From positions 4,667-68,666 of the forward strand of contig JBAZRJ010000001.1 of assembly GCA_041662985.1 (NCBI GenBank): a stretch of 64,000 nucleotides of DNA, in the 5' to 3' direction. Shown here piece by piece: positions 46,998-55,480 of this stretch (position 1 is its first letter; each line of letters opens with the position of its first letter). The position numbers were made by a program, and so were the translations under genes. The DNA is from Clostridia bacterium. GTDB lineage: Bacteria; Bacillota; Clostridia; Acetivibrionales; JBAZRJ01. The notes under the pieces are model-generated. The model had not been told where the DNA came from and did no database searches. It saw only the letters and a program-made list of their open reading frames with translations.

Positions 46998-47177
46998 TTA
47001 GGTTTCGTAAATTGAAATAATCATTTTATTTTCATCCTTATTGACGCCTTTATTGACGCCGAAAATCAGATTTTTATCTTTCAGGTTTTTATTTAAAAAG
47101 TCGACGATTTTATATAATTCGGGGTTAGCTTCTATTTTGAGAGTTGATTTTAATTCAAGTTTATCTTTGCTATCCAT
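46998..47177 (-). CDS. small conserved-looking protein, 59 aa (possibly YpmA/DUF4264-like); absent from the ORF track
   Basis: ATG at 47177 lies 5 nt after GGAGGT; TAA at 47000-46998. Protein: MDSKDKLELKSTLKIEANPELYKIVDFLNKNLKDKNLIFGVNKGVNKDENKMIISIYET. It fills an otherwise empty 300-bp gap. The family call is from memory only. Confidence 0.6.
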   Translation of the reverse strand: MDSKDKLELKSTLKIEANPELYKIVDFLNKNLKDKNLIFGVNKGVNKDENKMIISIYET

Positions 47178-47236
47178 AAGTACCTCCGATTAAATTCATT
47201 AAAATAATTATACTACATTTTTATCTGTATAAATAT

Positions 47237-47260
47237 CAAAAAATGAGCATTTTAAGCTCA
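47237..47260 (-). terminator. weak rho-independent terminator after the 5S-like gene
   Basis: On the - strand: TGAGC, loop TTAAAAT, GCTCA, followed by TTTTTTGA. The stem is only 5 bp. Confidence 0.4.
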
Positions 47261-47300
47261 AATATTGATTTTATGGATTCTGTGAAATATGGTTTTTGAT

Positions 47301-48818
47301 TTATAATTTTGTATAGAATCGCTGAAGTCTGCCCGCTAAAACCCAATTTTTAGTGTTTTGGGGTACCTTTGAGAACGACGTTATAACAAACTCTTTTCCT
47401 TCTTCTTCCCCAATCGCAGCTATGGCAGCAGAAATTGCTGCAATAACTTCTCCGTCGTTTTGAGGTTTTCCTTCTCTTGCTTCCTTGCGATGTTTGAAGA
47501 ACTTCTCTGCTACCGCCGGAAACAATGCATAAGATAAAACATCTTCGTCCTGTTCAATATAATCCTTTATTTTTGCTTTTATTGATTCAATCTCAGGGCT
47601 TATTGAATCTGCGGGTCTTCCTGTTATCTGTTTCTCGTCGCCTAAAATCTTTTTGATAATTTCATTTGGTATTGGAGCGGGTGTCTTTCCGTACTCTCCT
47701 TTGACAAGGGCTTTTGATTCCTTTGGAACCATTTTATAACGCTCATTTGTCAATACATTCATAACTGCCTGTGTTCCCACTATCTGACTGGTTGGTGTTA
47801 CCAGAGGGGGATATCCAAAATCTTTTCTTACTTTTGGAATTTCCTTTAATACTTTTTGAAACTTATCAAGAGAGTTTGATTCCTTCAACTGTGAAACGAG
47901 ATTTGAAAGCATACCGCCGGGGACCTGATATTTAAGGGCATTTACGTCAACACCCATTACTTTAACATCCAATAAACCCTCTTCAATATATTTTTCCTTT
48001 ATTGGCCTGAAATATTCCGATATTTCGCTTAGAAGCGCAAGATCCAGTTTTGTATCATATTCCGTGCCCATTAGTGATGCAACCAGTGGTTCTGTCGGGG
48101 GCTGTGATGTCCCCATTGCCATTGGAGAAATTGCACAATCAACTATGTCAACACCTGCTTCAATTGCCTTTAAATAGGTCATAGAAGCTACACCGCTTGT
48201 ATAGTGCGTATGCAATTGAATCGGAACCTTTATGTGTTCTTTCAATGATTTTACAAGTTCATATGCCGAATAAGGCAAAAGCAGTCCGGCCATATCCTTA
48301 ATACAGATAGAGTCTGCGCCCATTTCAACAAGTCTTTTCGCATCTCTGATGAAAAGTTCGTTGGTGTGAACAGGGCTTATTGTATAACAAACAGCTGCCT
48401 GAGCATGCCCGCCTTCTTTATTACAGGCTTTAATGGCGGTTTCTATGTTTCTTACATCATTTAAAGCATCAAATATTCTTATGATATCCATACCGTTTGA
48501 GATGGCTTTTTGAACAAAATACTCGACAACATCATCGGCATAATGCTTGTATCCGAGGATATTTTGCCCTCGTAAAAGCATTTGAAGCTTGGTGTTTTTA
48601 ACACCCGCCCTTATTTTTCTCAACCTGTCCCAAGGATCTTCGTTGAGAAATCTCAAACAGGCATCAAATGTGGCTCCGCCCCATACTTCAAGAGAGTGAT
48701 AGCCAACCTCATCAAGTTTATTTAAAATTGGGAGCATTTCCTCAATTCTCATTCTGGTAGCAATAAGCGACTGATGCGCATCTCTTAATGCGGTTTCTGT
48801 AATTTGAACTTTAGACAT
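47301..48818 (-). CDS. pyruvate/oxaloacetate carboxyltransferase (transcarboxylase 5S / OadA-type) without a biotinyl domain
   Basis: ITETALRDAHQSL, a KDMAGLL Lys context and an HTHYTSG metal site (HMGL-like TIM barrel). There is no AMKM motif. The C-terminal tail is EVIAAISAAIAAI...WVLAGR. Confidence 0.9.
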   Translation of the reverse strand: MSKVQITETALRDAHQSLIATRMRIEEMLPILNKLDEVGYHSLEVWGGATFDACLRFLNEDPWDRLRKIRAGVKNTKLQMLLRGQNILGYKHYADDVVEYFVQKAISNGMDIIRIFDALNDVRNIETAIKACNKEGGHAQAAVCYTISPVHTNELFIRDAKRLVEMGADSICIKDMAGLLLPYSAYELVKSLKEHIKVPIQLHTHYTSGVASMTYLKAIEAGVDIVDCAISPMAMGTSQPPTEPLVASLMGTEYDTKLDLALLSEISEYFRPIKEKYIEEGLLDVKVMGVDVNALKYQVPGGMLSNLVSQLKESNSLDKFQKVLKEIPKVRKDFGYPPLVTPTSQIVGTQAVMNVLTNERYKMVPKESKALVKGEYGKTPAPIPNEIIKKILGDEKQITGRPADSISPEIESIKAKIKDYIEQDEDVLSYALFPAVAEKFFKHRKEAREGKPQNDGEVIAAISAAIAAIGEEEGKEFVITSFSKVPQNTKNWVLAGRLQRFYTKL

Positions 48819-48870
48819 TTATATAACCTCCGGTAATTCATAACACATATCAATCAACCGATATTCTTGT

Positions 48871-49236
48871 TTAATCAATTGATACAAGCAAATCTCCCGC
48901 ATTCACGGAACTGCCTTTTGAAACATTGACAGATGCTACTTTCCCGTCTGTCGGAGAAACTATTTCATTTTCCATTTTCATTGCTTCAAGTATTACAAGA
49001 ACCTGACCTTTTTTTACAGCATCTCCAACTGCGACTTTAACTTTCAGTATAGCACCCGGCATAGGCGATTTAACTGATTGTGAACCTGCGGAAACAGATG
49101 GATTTGCCGGAACGGCTTTTTTTGGTGTTTCTGTTTTAACTTCAGCGACACTTGGTTCTGATACTGTTTTGCCTTGAACTTCTTCAACTTCAACATCGTA
49201 TTGATTTCCGTTAACTTTTATTAAAAATTTTCTCAT
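48871..49236 (-). CDS. biotin carboxyl carrier subunit (1.3S-type)
   Basis: 121 aa with an Ala/Pro-rich linker and biotinylation motif ILEAMKMENEI. Confidence 0.92.
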   Translation of the reverse strand: MRKFLIKVNGNQYDVEVEEVQGKTVSEPSVAEVKTETPKKAVPANPSVSAGSQSVKSPMPGAILKVKVAVGDAVKKGQVLVILEAMKMENEIVSPTDGKVASVNVSKGSSVNAGDLLVSID

Positions 49237-49271
49237 TTTCTTCCTCCCGGATTGTGATATTTTAGAATATA

Positions 49272-50822
49272 TTACAGAGGTATATTGCCGTGTTTTTTTG
49301 GCTGTCTGTTTTCCCTCTTATTTATCAGCATGTTCAATGAATTAATTATCTTCATACGTGTTTCAACCGGTTCGATAACATCATCAACAAATCCTCTTGC
49401 TGCTGCAATATATGGATTCGAAAACTTTTCCCTATATTCGTTGATTTTCTGCTGACGCACTGCAGCAGGATCTTCCGACGCTGCTATTTCTTTTCTGAAT
49501 ACAATATTTGCGGCGCCTTCTGCACCCATAACCGCAATTTCCGCTGAAGGCCATGCAAAAACCATATCGGCGCCAAGATGTTTGCTGTTCATTGCAATAT
49601 AGGCTCCGCCGTATGCTTTTCTGATTATTACATTTATCTTCGGAACGGTAGCTTCTGAAAATGCATATAACAATTTTGCCCCGTGTCGTATAATTCCGCC
49701 GTGTTCCTGGTCAACTCCCGGTAAATATCCGGGAACATCAGTGAATGTAAGGAGCGGTATATTGAAGGCATCGCAAAATCTTACGAACCTGGCGCCTTTA
49801 TCGGCAGAATTTATATCGAGCACGCCTGCAAGATAATTTGGCTGATTTGCAATGATTCCGGTTGTTTTTCCGTTGAATCTTCCAAAACCAATAACTATGT
49901 TTTTTGCAAAATGTTCCTGAATTTCAAAGAAGTTGTTGTCATCCACAACTTCCTTGATTATTTCAAGCATATTATATGGTTTGTTCACATCTTCGGGGAC
50001 TATGCTGTTTATTAACGCGGACTCCTGATTATTACTATTTGAAGGTACGATTGGCGAATCAGATAAATTATTATCAGGCAGATAGCCAATTAACCTTCTT
50101 ATTTCCATCAAACAATCTTCTTCAGTGTCAAACTCAAACTGTGCAACACCGCTGTTTGTATTATGTACATCCGCGCCACCCAATAAATCCGAAGATACAT
50201 CTTCTCCGGTGACCGACTTAACAACGTCAGGACCTGTGATGAACATATAACTTGTTTTCTTTATCATAAAAGTGAAATCGGTGATTGCAGGTGAATATAC
50301 TGCTCCTCCTGCACATGGACCCATAATTGCGGATATTTGAGGGATAACTCCTGAAGCAAGCGTGTTTCTGAAGAATATATCACCGAATCCGCCGAGCGCA
50401 TCAATGCCTTCCTGAATTCTTGCACCTCCGGAATCGTTTATACAAACAAAAGGTGCTCCCATTTTTATCGCCATATCCATTACATTTGAGATCTTTTTAG
50501 CGTGCATTTCACCAAGTGAACCGCCAATTACGGTAAAGTCCTGCGATGAAGTATAAACAAGTCTTCCGTCGACTGTACCATATCCGCAAATTACTCCGTC
50601 ACCCAAAGCTTTCTTGCTTTGCATACCAAAATCATGGCCTCTTGTTTCAACAAATGCATCAATTTCAACAAAACTATCCTTGTCGAACAAGATTAATACG
50701 CGTTCCCTTGCAGTCATTTTACCGGATTTGTGCTGTTTTTCTATATTAACAGAACCTCCGGCAATATTAATTTTGGTTTTTTTTGCTTTGAGTTCCTGAA
50801 GTCTGTCTTCTTTGGTTATCAT
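49272..50822 (-). CDS. acyl-CoA carboxyltransferase (methylmalonyl-CoA carboxyltransferase 12S / propionyl-CoA carboxylase beta family)
   Basis: 516 aa with a duplicated crotonase-like CT fold (DSGGARIQEG, GPCAGGAVYSPA, RKAYGGAYIAM). GAGGTG RBS. Confidence 0.92.
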   Translation of the reverse strand: MITKEDRLQELKAKKTKINIAGGSVNIEKQHKSGKMTARERVLILFDKDSFVEIDAFVETRGHDFGMQSKKALGDGVICGYGTVDGRLVYTSSQDFTVIGGSLGEMHAKKISNVMDMAIKMGAPFVCINDSGGARIQEGIDALGGFGDIFFRNTLASGVIPQISAIMGPCAGGAVYSPAITDFTFMIKKTSYMFITGPDVVKSVTGEDVSSDLLGGADVHNTNSGVAQFEFDTEEDCLMEIRRLIGYLPDNNLSDSPIVPSNSNNQESALINSIVPEDVNKPYNMLEIIKEVVDDNNFFEIQEHFAKNIVIGFGRFNGKTTGIIANQPNYLAGVLDINSADKGARFVRFCDAFNIPLLTFTDVPGYLPGVDQEHGGIIRHGAKLLYAFSEATVPKINVIIRKAYGGAYIAMNSKHLGADMVFAWPSAEIAVMGAEGAANIVFRKEIAASEDPAAVRQQKINEYREKFSNPYIAAARGFVDDVIEPVETRMKIINSLNMLINKRENRQPKKHGNIPL

Positions 50823-50858
50823 TCACAACACCTCGTCAATATTCTTTAATTAAGTACA

Positions 50859-50877
50859 TTTATTACCAGGTAATAAT
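50859..50877. promoter_or_regulatory. 19-bp perfect palindrome (operator candidate) just downstream of the carboxyltransferase operon -10
   Basis: ATTATTACC-A-GGTAATAAT with 9-bp arms and no mismatch. Lies 8 bp downstream of the predicted -10. Confidence 0.5.
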
Positions 50878-50884
50878 TATTATA

Positions 50885-50913
50885 ATTATACATTACTTTT
50901 TTTCGTTGTGCAA
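50885..50913 (-). promoter_or_regulatory. sigma-A-type promoter for the 12S-1.3S-5S operon
   Basis: On the - strand: TTGCAC (50913-50908), 17-bp spacer, TATAAT (50890-50885). Confidence 0.6.
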
Positions 50914-50937
50914 TATTAAGTTGTTTATACTGTTTGT

Positions 50938-51804
50938 TTATACAATAAGTATAATTTCTCTTATTATTAAAGCGGCTAGAAGTGCTGTTCTGTCAGACTT
51001 GTCATATTCAGGAGATACTTCGACTATGTCGAAACCTATCAGACTCAAATCTTTTAACAAATGAACCGAGTCCAGTAATTCCTTTGATGTGATTCCGCAC
51101 GGTTCAGGGGTTCCGGTTCCATTTGCATGCCCGGGGTCAACCACGTCAATATCGAGAGTTACATAAACAGGTTTGCCTTTTAATTGATTTAAAATGTTTT
51201 TTAAGGGTTCAAAAACATTGAATTTAAACATATTTGTATTCTTGTCCGCAAATTCAAATTCGTCCTTTGTCCCCGACCTTATGCCGAACTGGTAGATATT
51301 CTTTGAGGGCATGAAATCACAAAGTCTTCTTATGGTTGCCGCGTGGGAATAAGTGCAGCCAAGATAGCCGTCTCTCAAATCTGCATGTGCGTCGAATTGG
51401 ATAACGACTAAATCATCACCATATTTTCTATGTGCTTCTTTTATTACAGGAACGCTGATCAGATGCTCACCTCCGAGAATTATCGGAAACTTGCTGTCAT
51501 CAAATGCTTCCTTTGCGGACAATGCGATTGAGCTAAGATTTTCTTTGACATTACCGCCGGAAACATTTATGTTGCCGCAGTCGTAAAAACCGGAATCATC
51601 TATTGATTTCTCAAGATAGATGCTATATTCTTCTAATCCTTCAGAAACTTCTCTTATTTTTTGAGGACCGAATCTTGTTCCGGATTTAAAACTGCAAGTG
51701 ACATCCATGGGAACGCCAAATATAATGATATCCGAATCATCATAGCTTTCTTTTGATGCCATAAAATTTGGGGAATCATAAGAATTATTGGTTTTTAAAC
51801 TCAT
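50938..51804 (-). CDS. speB: agmatinase (ureohydrolase family)
   Basis: GGEHLIS, FDAHADLRD and LDIDVVDPG Mn-binding motifs. Follows speE. Confidence 0.92.
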   Translation of the reverse strand: MSLKTNNSYDSPNFMASKESYDDSDIIIFGVPMDVTCSFKSGTRFGPQKIREVSEGLEEYSIYLEKSIDDSGFYDCGNINVSGGNVKENLSSIALSAKEAFDDSKFPIILGGEHLISVPVIKEAHRKYGDDLVVIQFDAHADLRDGYLGCTYSHAATIRRLCDFMPSKNIYQFGIRSGTKDEFEFADKNTNMFKFNVFEPLKNILNQLKGKPVYVTLDIDVVDPGHANGTGTPEPCGITSKELLDSVHLLKDLSLIGFDIVEVSPEYDKSDRTALLAALIIREIILIV

Positions 51805-51813
51805 AAATACCTC

Positions 51814-52641
51814 CTATTTCAGCAAATCACTCACAAATTTCGGTAATGCAAAGACGGACCTATGAATTTCAGGGGAATAATATTTAGTATCAATTGCCGG
51901 AATGTCTTCTTCAATAACATCCAAAGGACTGTATTTTTTAGAACCCATTGTAAAACTCCAATAACCGCTTGGATAAGTAGGTATGGCGCATGTATAGAGC
52001 TTCGTTATCGGAAACACGGAATTTATATCTTTATAAACTTTTTTGATTAAATCCTTCTGATAGTATGGTGATTCTGTTTGTGCAACAAAAATCCCGTCCT
52101 CTTTTAAAGACTCATGTATTGATTTATAAAAGTCAACTGAAAACAATCCAACGGCAGGTCCGACGGGGTCTGTCGAATCGACTAGTATCACATCAAATTC
52201 GTTCTTATGGTCGCTTACATATTTAATGCCGTCACAAATATTAATCTCAACTCTTTTATCATCCAGTGCACAGCTGATTTCAGGGAGATATTTTCGGCTT
52301 ACATTCACCACTGCTTCATCGATCTCAACCAGGACGGCTCTTTCTACGGACGGATGCTTTATTATTTCTCTCAATGCGCCTCCGTCTCCTCCGCCGACAA
52401 CTAAAACCCTTTTTGGGTTTTTATGAGTAAACAAAGGAATATGTGTGATCATTTCATGATAAACAAATTCGTCTCTTATTGTTGTTTGGACAGTTCCGTC
52501 CAACACGAGCATTCGTCCGAATTCTTCGGTTTCAATCAGCGCAAGTTCCTGATATTCCGTCTTTTCAGTGTGTATGGTCTTTTTTGTTTTACATGTAATT
52601 CCTACATTTGGAGTTTGAAATTCGGTATACCATAAATCCAT
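51814..52641 (-). CDS. speE: spermidine synthase
   Basis: MDLWYTE N-terminus, [14 protein letters not shown], and a DSTDPVGPA aminopropyl-transferase signature. Confidence 0.95.
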   Translation of the reverse strand: MDLWYTEFQTPNVGITCKTKKTIHTEKTEYQELALIETEEFGRMLVLDGTVQTTIRDEFVYHEMITHIPLFTHKNPKRVLVVGGGDGGALREIIKHPSVERAVLVEIDEAVVNVSRKYLPEISCALDDKRVEINICDGIKYVSDHKNEFDVILVDSTDPVGPAVGLFSVDFYKSIHESLKEDGIFVAQTESPYYQKDLIKKVYKDINSVFPITKLYTCAIPTYPSGYWSFTMGSKKYSPLDVIEEDIPAIDTKYYSPEIHRSVFALPKFVSDLLK

Positions 52642-52740
52642 TTTATTACCTCCGATAATTGTTATCTCGATTGACTATATTCTAAATTGTACTATATATT
52701 TTGTCAAAATAATATCATGTCATTAAACTGCAAGTTTTAT

Positions 52741-52770
52741 TTGAAGAACAAACATGAAACATGTTATAAT
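52741..52770 (+). promoter_or_regulatory. sigma-A-type promoter for the 155-aa membrane protein gene
   Basis: TTGAAG (52741-52746), 18-bp spacer, TGT-TATAAT (-10 at 52765-52770). AAGGAGG RBS follows. Confidence 0.55.
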
Positions 52771-52801
52771 TTACCCATAAATAATAAGGAGGTAACGCAA
52801 T

Positions 52802-53269
52802 ATGGACGATTCAAATAATTTCAGCCAAAATCCACCGCAGACGGTGAGTGGAATACAGACGGGAACTCCGCTGACAAACAATTCGATTATTTCAGTTCCC
52901 GTTGACATTAAAAGCCTGACCGGGTGGGCTACTTTCAGGGCTATTATAGATATAATAGGCGGAGCATCAGCTGCTATGTCAATTATACTTGCGGGTTATG
53001 GTATCCCTATGATATTGGCTGCTTTAAAGCTGTTAAGATATGTGGACGAGGTTAAACTGGCAGTTAAGACAAACGACAGACAAAAACTTGCAGATTCAGT
53101 GGAATATCTTCAAAAATATTTCAAACTGAGTGGTATAGCAACAATAGTAAGTTACGCAATGGGCATTTTACTTGTGATTGCGTATATCGTATTTATTATT
53201 TATTTACTCTCGAACCCGGATCTTTTCAAGGATATTTTTAGGAATAATGATTTATTTAACTCGTTTTAA
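52802..53269 (+). CDS. hypothetical small membrane protein (possibly DUF5362-like)
   Basis: 155 aa. Q/N/T/P-rich N-terminus, then two hydrophobic hairpin regions (IIDIIGGASAAMSIILAGYGIPMILAAL and IATIVSYAMGILLVIAYIVFIIYLL). Strong RBS and promoter. The family call is from memory only. Confidence 0.7.
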   Translation: MDDSNNFSQNPPQTVSGIQTGTPLTNNSIISVPVDIKSLTGWATFRAIIDIIGGASAAMSIILAGYGIPMILAALKLLRYVDEVKLAVKTNDRQKLADSVEYLQKYFKLSGIATIVSYAMGILLVIAYIVFIIYLLSNPDLFKDIFRNNDLFNSF

Positions 53270-53337
53270 TTAATCATAAGTAACAGAAGAAAAATATAAT
53301 TATTCAACAGGCTGGATTTGCTAAAGGCTGAATTTAC

Positions 53338-54063
53338 TCACTGGAGATGGCAGAGTGTTCTCAGCCTTTTAATTTCGTCGTTTTTCAAATGACGCCATTT
53401 TCCTGTTTCCAAATCCTTAAGTTCTATTCCGCCTTCTTCTATTCTTTTTAAAGAAATTACCGGATTTTCAATTAATTCGAACATCTTCCTGACTTCCCTG
53501 TTCCTGCCTTCGTGGATTGTGATTCTTAGTTTGGATTTATTGGTTTCAAGGTTTAATATCTCAATCTTTGACGGAGATGTTTTAATACCGTCAATTTCGA
53601 CTCCATTTTTTAATATATTTATTTTTTCGTCAGTAGGTTTCCCGAACACTTCGGTAATATAAACTTTTTCGATTTTAAAACGAGGATGTGTCAGCGCAAA
53701 AGTCAGCTCGCCGTCGTTTGTCAAAAATAGAAGTCCTGAAGTGTCGTAATCAAGTCTGCCAACAGGATAGATTCTTTCGCTGATATCTGAAACCAAATCC
53801 AACACGGTCGCTCTGCCAAACTGATCATCGGATGTCGAGACATAACCTATCGGTTTATTCAATATGATATAGACCTTTTTAATCTCTTTTGAGATTGGTT
53901 TACCGTCGATTTCAACAATATCCTCATCAGTAACCTTTATACCCATCTCTGTTACCCTGATGCCATTTACTGAAACTCTTCCCTGTGAGATTATTTCTTC
54001 GGCTTTTCTTCTGGAAGCAAAACCTGCAGATGCTATATATTTCTGGAGTCTTACGTTATTCAT
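53338..54063 (-). CDS. rluB: 23S rRNA pseudouridine synthase (RluB/RsuA family)
   Basis: N-terminal S4 domain (LQKYIASAGFASRRKAEEII) and catalytic GRLDYDTSGLL. Confidence 0.92.
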   Translation of the reverse strand: MNNVRLQKYIASAGFASRRKAEEIISQGRVSVNGIRVTEMGIKVTDEDIVEIDGKPISKEIKKVYIILNKPIGYVSTSDDQFGRATVLDLVSDISERIYPVGRLDYDTSGLLFLTNDGELTFALTHPRFKIEKVYITEVFGKPTDEKINILKNGVEIDGIKTSPSKIEILNLETNKSKLRITIHEGRNREVRKMFELIENPVISLKRIEEGGIELKDLETGKWRHLKNDEIKRLRTLCHLQ

Positions 54064-54085
54064 ATTTTTCCTTTTTAATATTTAT

Positions 54086-54667
54086 TTAAACATCAAATTT
54101 TATATTTTCATATTCTTCTTCGCTCTGCTCTTCTCCCTCTGCCTGAATGCTCATTTCGATAAACGGCAAATCTTTTATGTTTTTGAATCCGAAACATCTT
54201 AAAAATTCATCGGTCGTGGCATAAAGCATAGGCCTTCCGGGAGTGTCAAGCCTGCCTGAATATGTGATGAGATTTCTTTCCAATAATCTTGTGACCGAGC
54301 TGTCTGAATTAACACCTCTTATTTGTTCGATTTTTGCTCTTGTAATGGGTTGATTATAGGCAATGATTGCAAGTGTTTCAAACGCCGCCTGCGATAAACC
54401 CTGCTTTTGTCTTGACTCAAAAAGCCTCTCGATGTACTCATAATGTTCATGTCGGGTGCAAAGCTGGTACCCCTCATTGATTTCTCTGATTAATGTGCCT
54501 CTCTTTGATTTTTGCAAATTATCAATCATATTGGACAGTATCAATTTAGTTGTTTTCGTGTCCAAATCGACTATTTCAGCTATTTTATCGAGACTTAAAA
54601 CATCTCCCGAGGCGAATAATAAACCTTCAATTAAAGCTTCAATTTCTTTTATTTCCAACATAGTCAC
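54086..54667 (-). CDS. scpB: segregation and condensation protein B
   Basis: IEALLFASGDVLSL N-terminus and tandem winged-helix ScpB pattern. Follows scpA. Confidence 0.93.
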   Translation of the reverse strand: MTMLEIKEIEALIEGLLFASGDVLSLDKIAEIVDLDTKTTKLILSNMIDNLQKSKRGTLIREINEGYQLCTRHEHYEYIERLFESRQKQGLSQAAFETLAIIAYNQPITRAKIEQIRGVNSDSSVTRLLERNLITYSGRLDTPGRPMLYATTDEFLRCFGFKNIKDLPFIEMSIQAEGEEQSEEEYENIKFDV

Positions 54668-54719
54668 CCCTTAGATTTATATGTAAAAGTATCTGTCGTT
54701 TATATAAACAAAAATTCAC

Positions 54720-55469
54720 CTATTTTACTTTTTTATTGTATATCAATATATCCGAAAATTGTTTCTTTTGCTTGACGGTAATTTTTTTTTGGCGTGCAAG
54801 TTCAAGCACTGCTATAAATCCTGTGACGATTTCTTTTTTTGTGCTTTTCTTTTTTGAGAACATATCCGAAAAAGCAATGAACATTTTGTCGGCCAGATTT
54901 TGAATTATCTCCTTCATCTTAAGCTTTAGTGAAACTTTTTCATGCTGTATAACCGGATTCTTTATTTGTGTTTTCTTATTTATCTTATTTAGATTGCCTT
55001 CAACAATACCACTGTATATATTTACAAGTTCATTTACAGTGATGTCAATATCGTCGTATATCTTCTTTTTTTCGATAAGTTCGGGGAATTTATAAAAAAC
55101 CTTAGCCCATTCAATTTCTTTTTGTCTTAAAACACCGGAATATTCTTTAAATCTTTTATACTGGATAAGTCTTGTGACGAGTTCCTCTCTTGGATCTGCT
55201 TCCTCTTCATCGACATTCTTTTTATCAGGCAAAAGCATCTTCGATTTTATATGCAGAAGGGTTGCGGCCATTACAATAAATTCACTTGCAATGTCAAGAT
55301 TCAGTTCATTCATAACATATAAATATTCCATATATTGGTCCGTTACGTCGTTAATAGGAATATCATAAATATTAAACTTGCTTTTTTCAATAAGATGAAA
55401 CAAAAGGTCCAGCGGCCCCTCGAAGTTTTGTATTTTAATTTTGTAAAGCTCTGCAGTTGAATTGTCCAA
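54720..55469 (-). CDS. scpA: segregation and condensation protein A (kleisin)
   Basis: YKIKIQNFEGPLDLLFHLIEK is a ScpA hallmark. I prefer TTG 55469 (GAGGAG 7 nt upstream). The track start at 55487 (TTG) overlaps the trpS stop. Confidence 0.9.
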   Translation of the reverse strand: MDNSTAELYKIKIQNFEGPLDLLFHLIEKSKFNIYDIPINDVTDQYMEYLYVMNELNLDIASEFIVMAATLLHIKSKMLLPDKKNVDEEEADPREELVTRLIQYKRFKEYSGVLRQKEIEWAKVFYKFPELIEKKKIYDDIDITVNELVNIYSGIVEGNLNKINKKTQIKNPVIQHEKVSLKLKMKEIIQNLADKMFIAFSDMFSKKKSTKKEIVTGFIAVLELARQKKITVKQKKQFSDILIYNKKVK

Positions 55470-55480
55470 TTCAAAACTCC

